Shown: positions 63,690-64,000 of the stretch, piece by piece
Layout of the letters: every line of letters begins with the position of its first letter
Numbering within the stretch: the stretch's first letter is position 1
DNA from: Callorhinchus milii
Taxonomy: Eukaryota
Length of the DNA: 64,000 nt
NCBI RefSeq assembly: GCF_018977255.1
Contig: NW_024704742.1
Span: forward strand, 79,052,001 to 79,116,000
Reading direction: 5' to 3'
Position numbers and translations under genes: made by a program
The notes under the pieces: generated by a model
Databases searched by the model: none
The model's input: the letters and a program-made list of their open reading frames with translations, nothing else
Told to the model about the DNA's origin: nothing

Positions 63690-63960
63690 AACAACAACAA
63701 CAAATTACATTTGTAAGATGCCTTTCATGTCAGGAGGGCATCCTGAGGTGCTGGACAGTTAGGGATTTGAATCCGAGCTGGGGGTTAGGATCAGGAGGGG
63801 TGAAGGGCATGGAGGATAAGAAGGTGACCAAAGGTATGGGCAAAGAGGGTCTTGAGACGGACCTTGAAGGAGACAATGGACAGAACAAAGCAACTATGGG
63901 CTGTGGGATGAAGGTCCAAAGGCTGAGGGCAGAGACTGAAGGTACAGCATGTTTGCACAG
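63690..63960 (-). mobile_element. L2 3' fragment
   Basis: (CAA)n, tail hairpin, antisense SFKVRLKTLF. Confidence 0.8.
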
Positions 63961-64000
63961 CATGAAAATGAGTCATTCAGCTCAACCAGTCTGTGCCAGT

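Overview
This window is AT-rich, repeat-dense vertebrate genomic DNA, not prokaryotic. The repeat complement (tRNA-Ala-headed SINE with an L2-type tail, Deu-domain-like SINEs, L2 and CR1 LINEs, Penelope-like remnants) resembles cartilaginous fish, possibly a chimaera; that taxon call is recalled, not verified. I found no supportable host protein-coding gene, intact tRNA/rRNA gene or CRISPR array. The recognisable long ORFs are broken retrotransposon frames, their antisense shadows, or microsatellites, so the window looks like a large intron or intergenic tract. Highlights: (1) a near full-length, apparently ORF1-less L2 LINE (54254-58133) whose ends are fixed by the SINE it interrupted; (2) a SINE/L2 shared 3' hairpin with compensatory base changes, tracked across three SINE generations; (3) a ~660-bp A-tailed SINE-like family in about 8 copies with an LF-SINE-like segment; (4) a 903-bp solo LTR with 8-bp inverted termini and a 4-bp TSD; (5) decayed Penelope-type minimal hammerhead ribozymes; (6) several nested insertions that order the families in time. 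I found no convincing wholly new biological system. Boundaries of old repeats are approximate.
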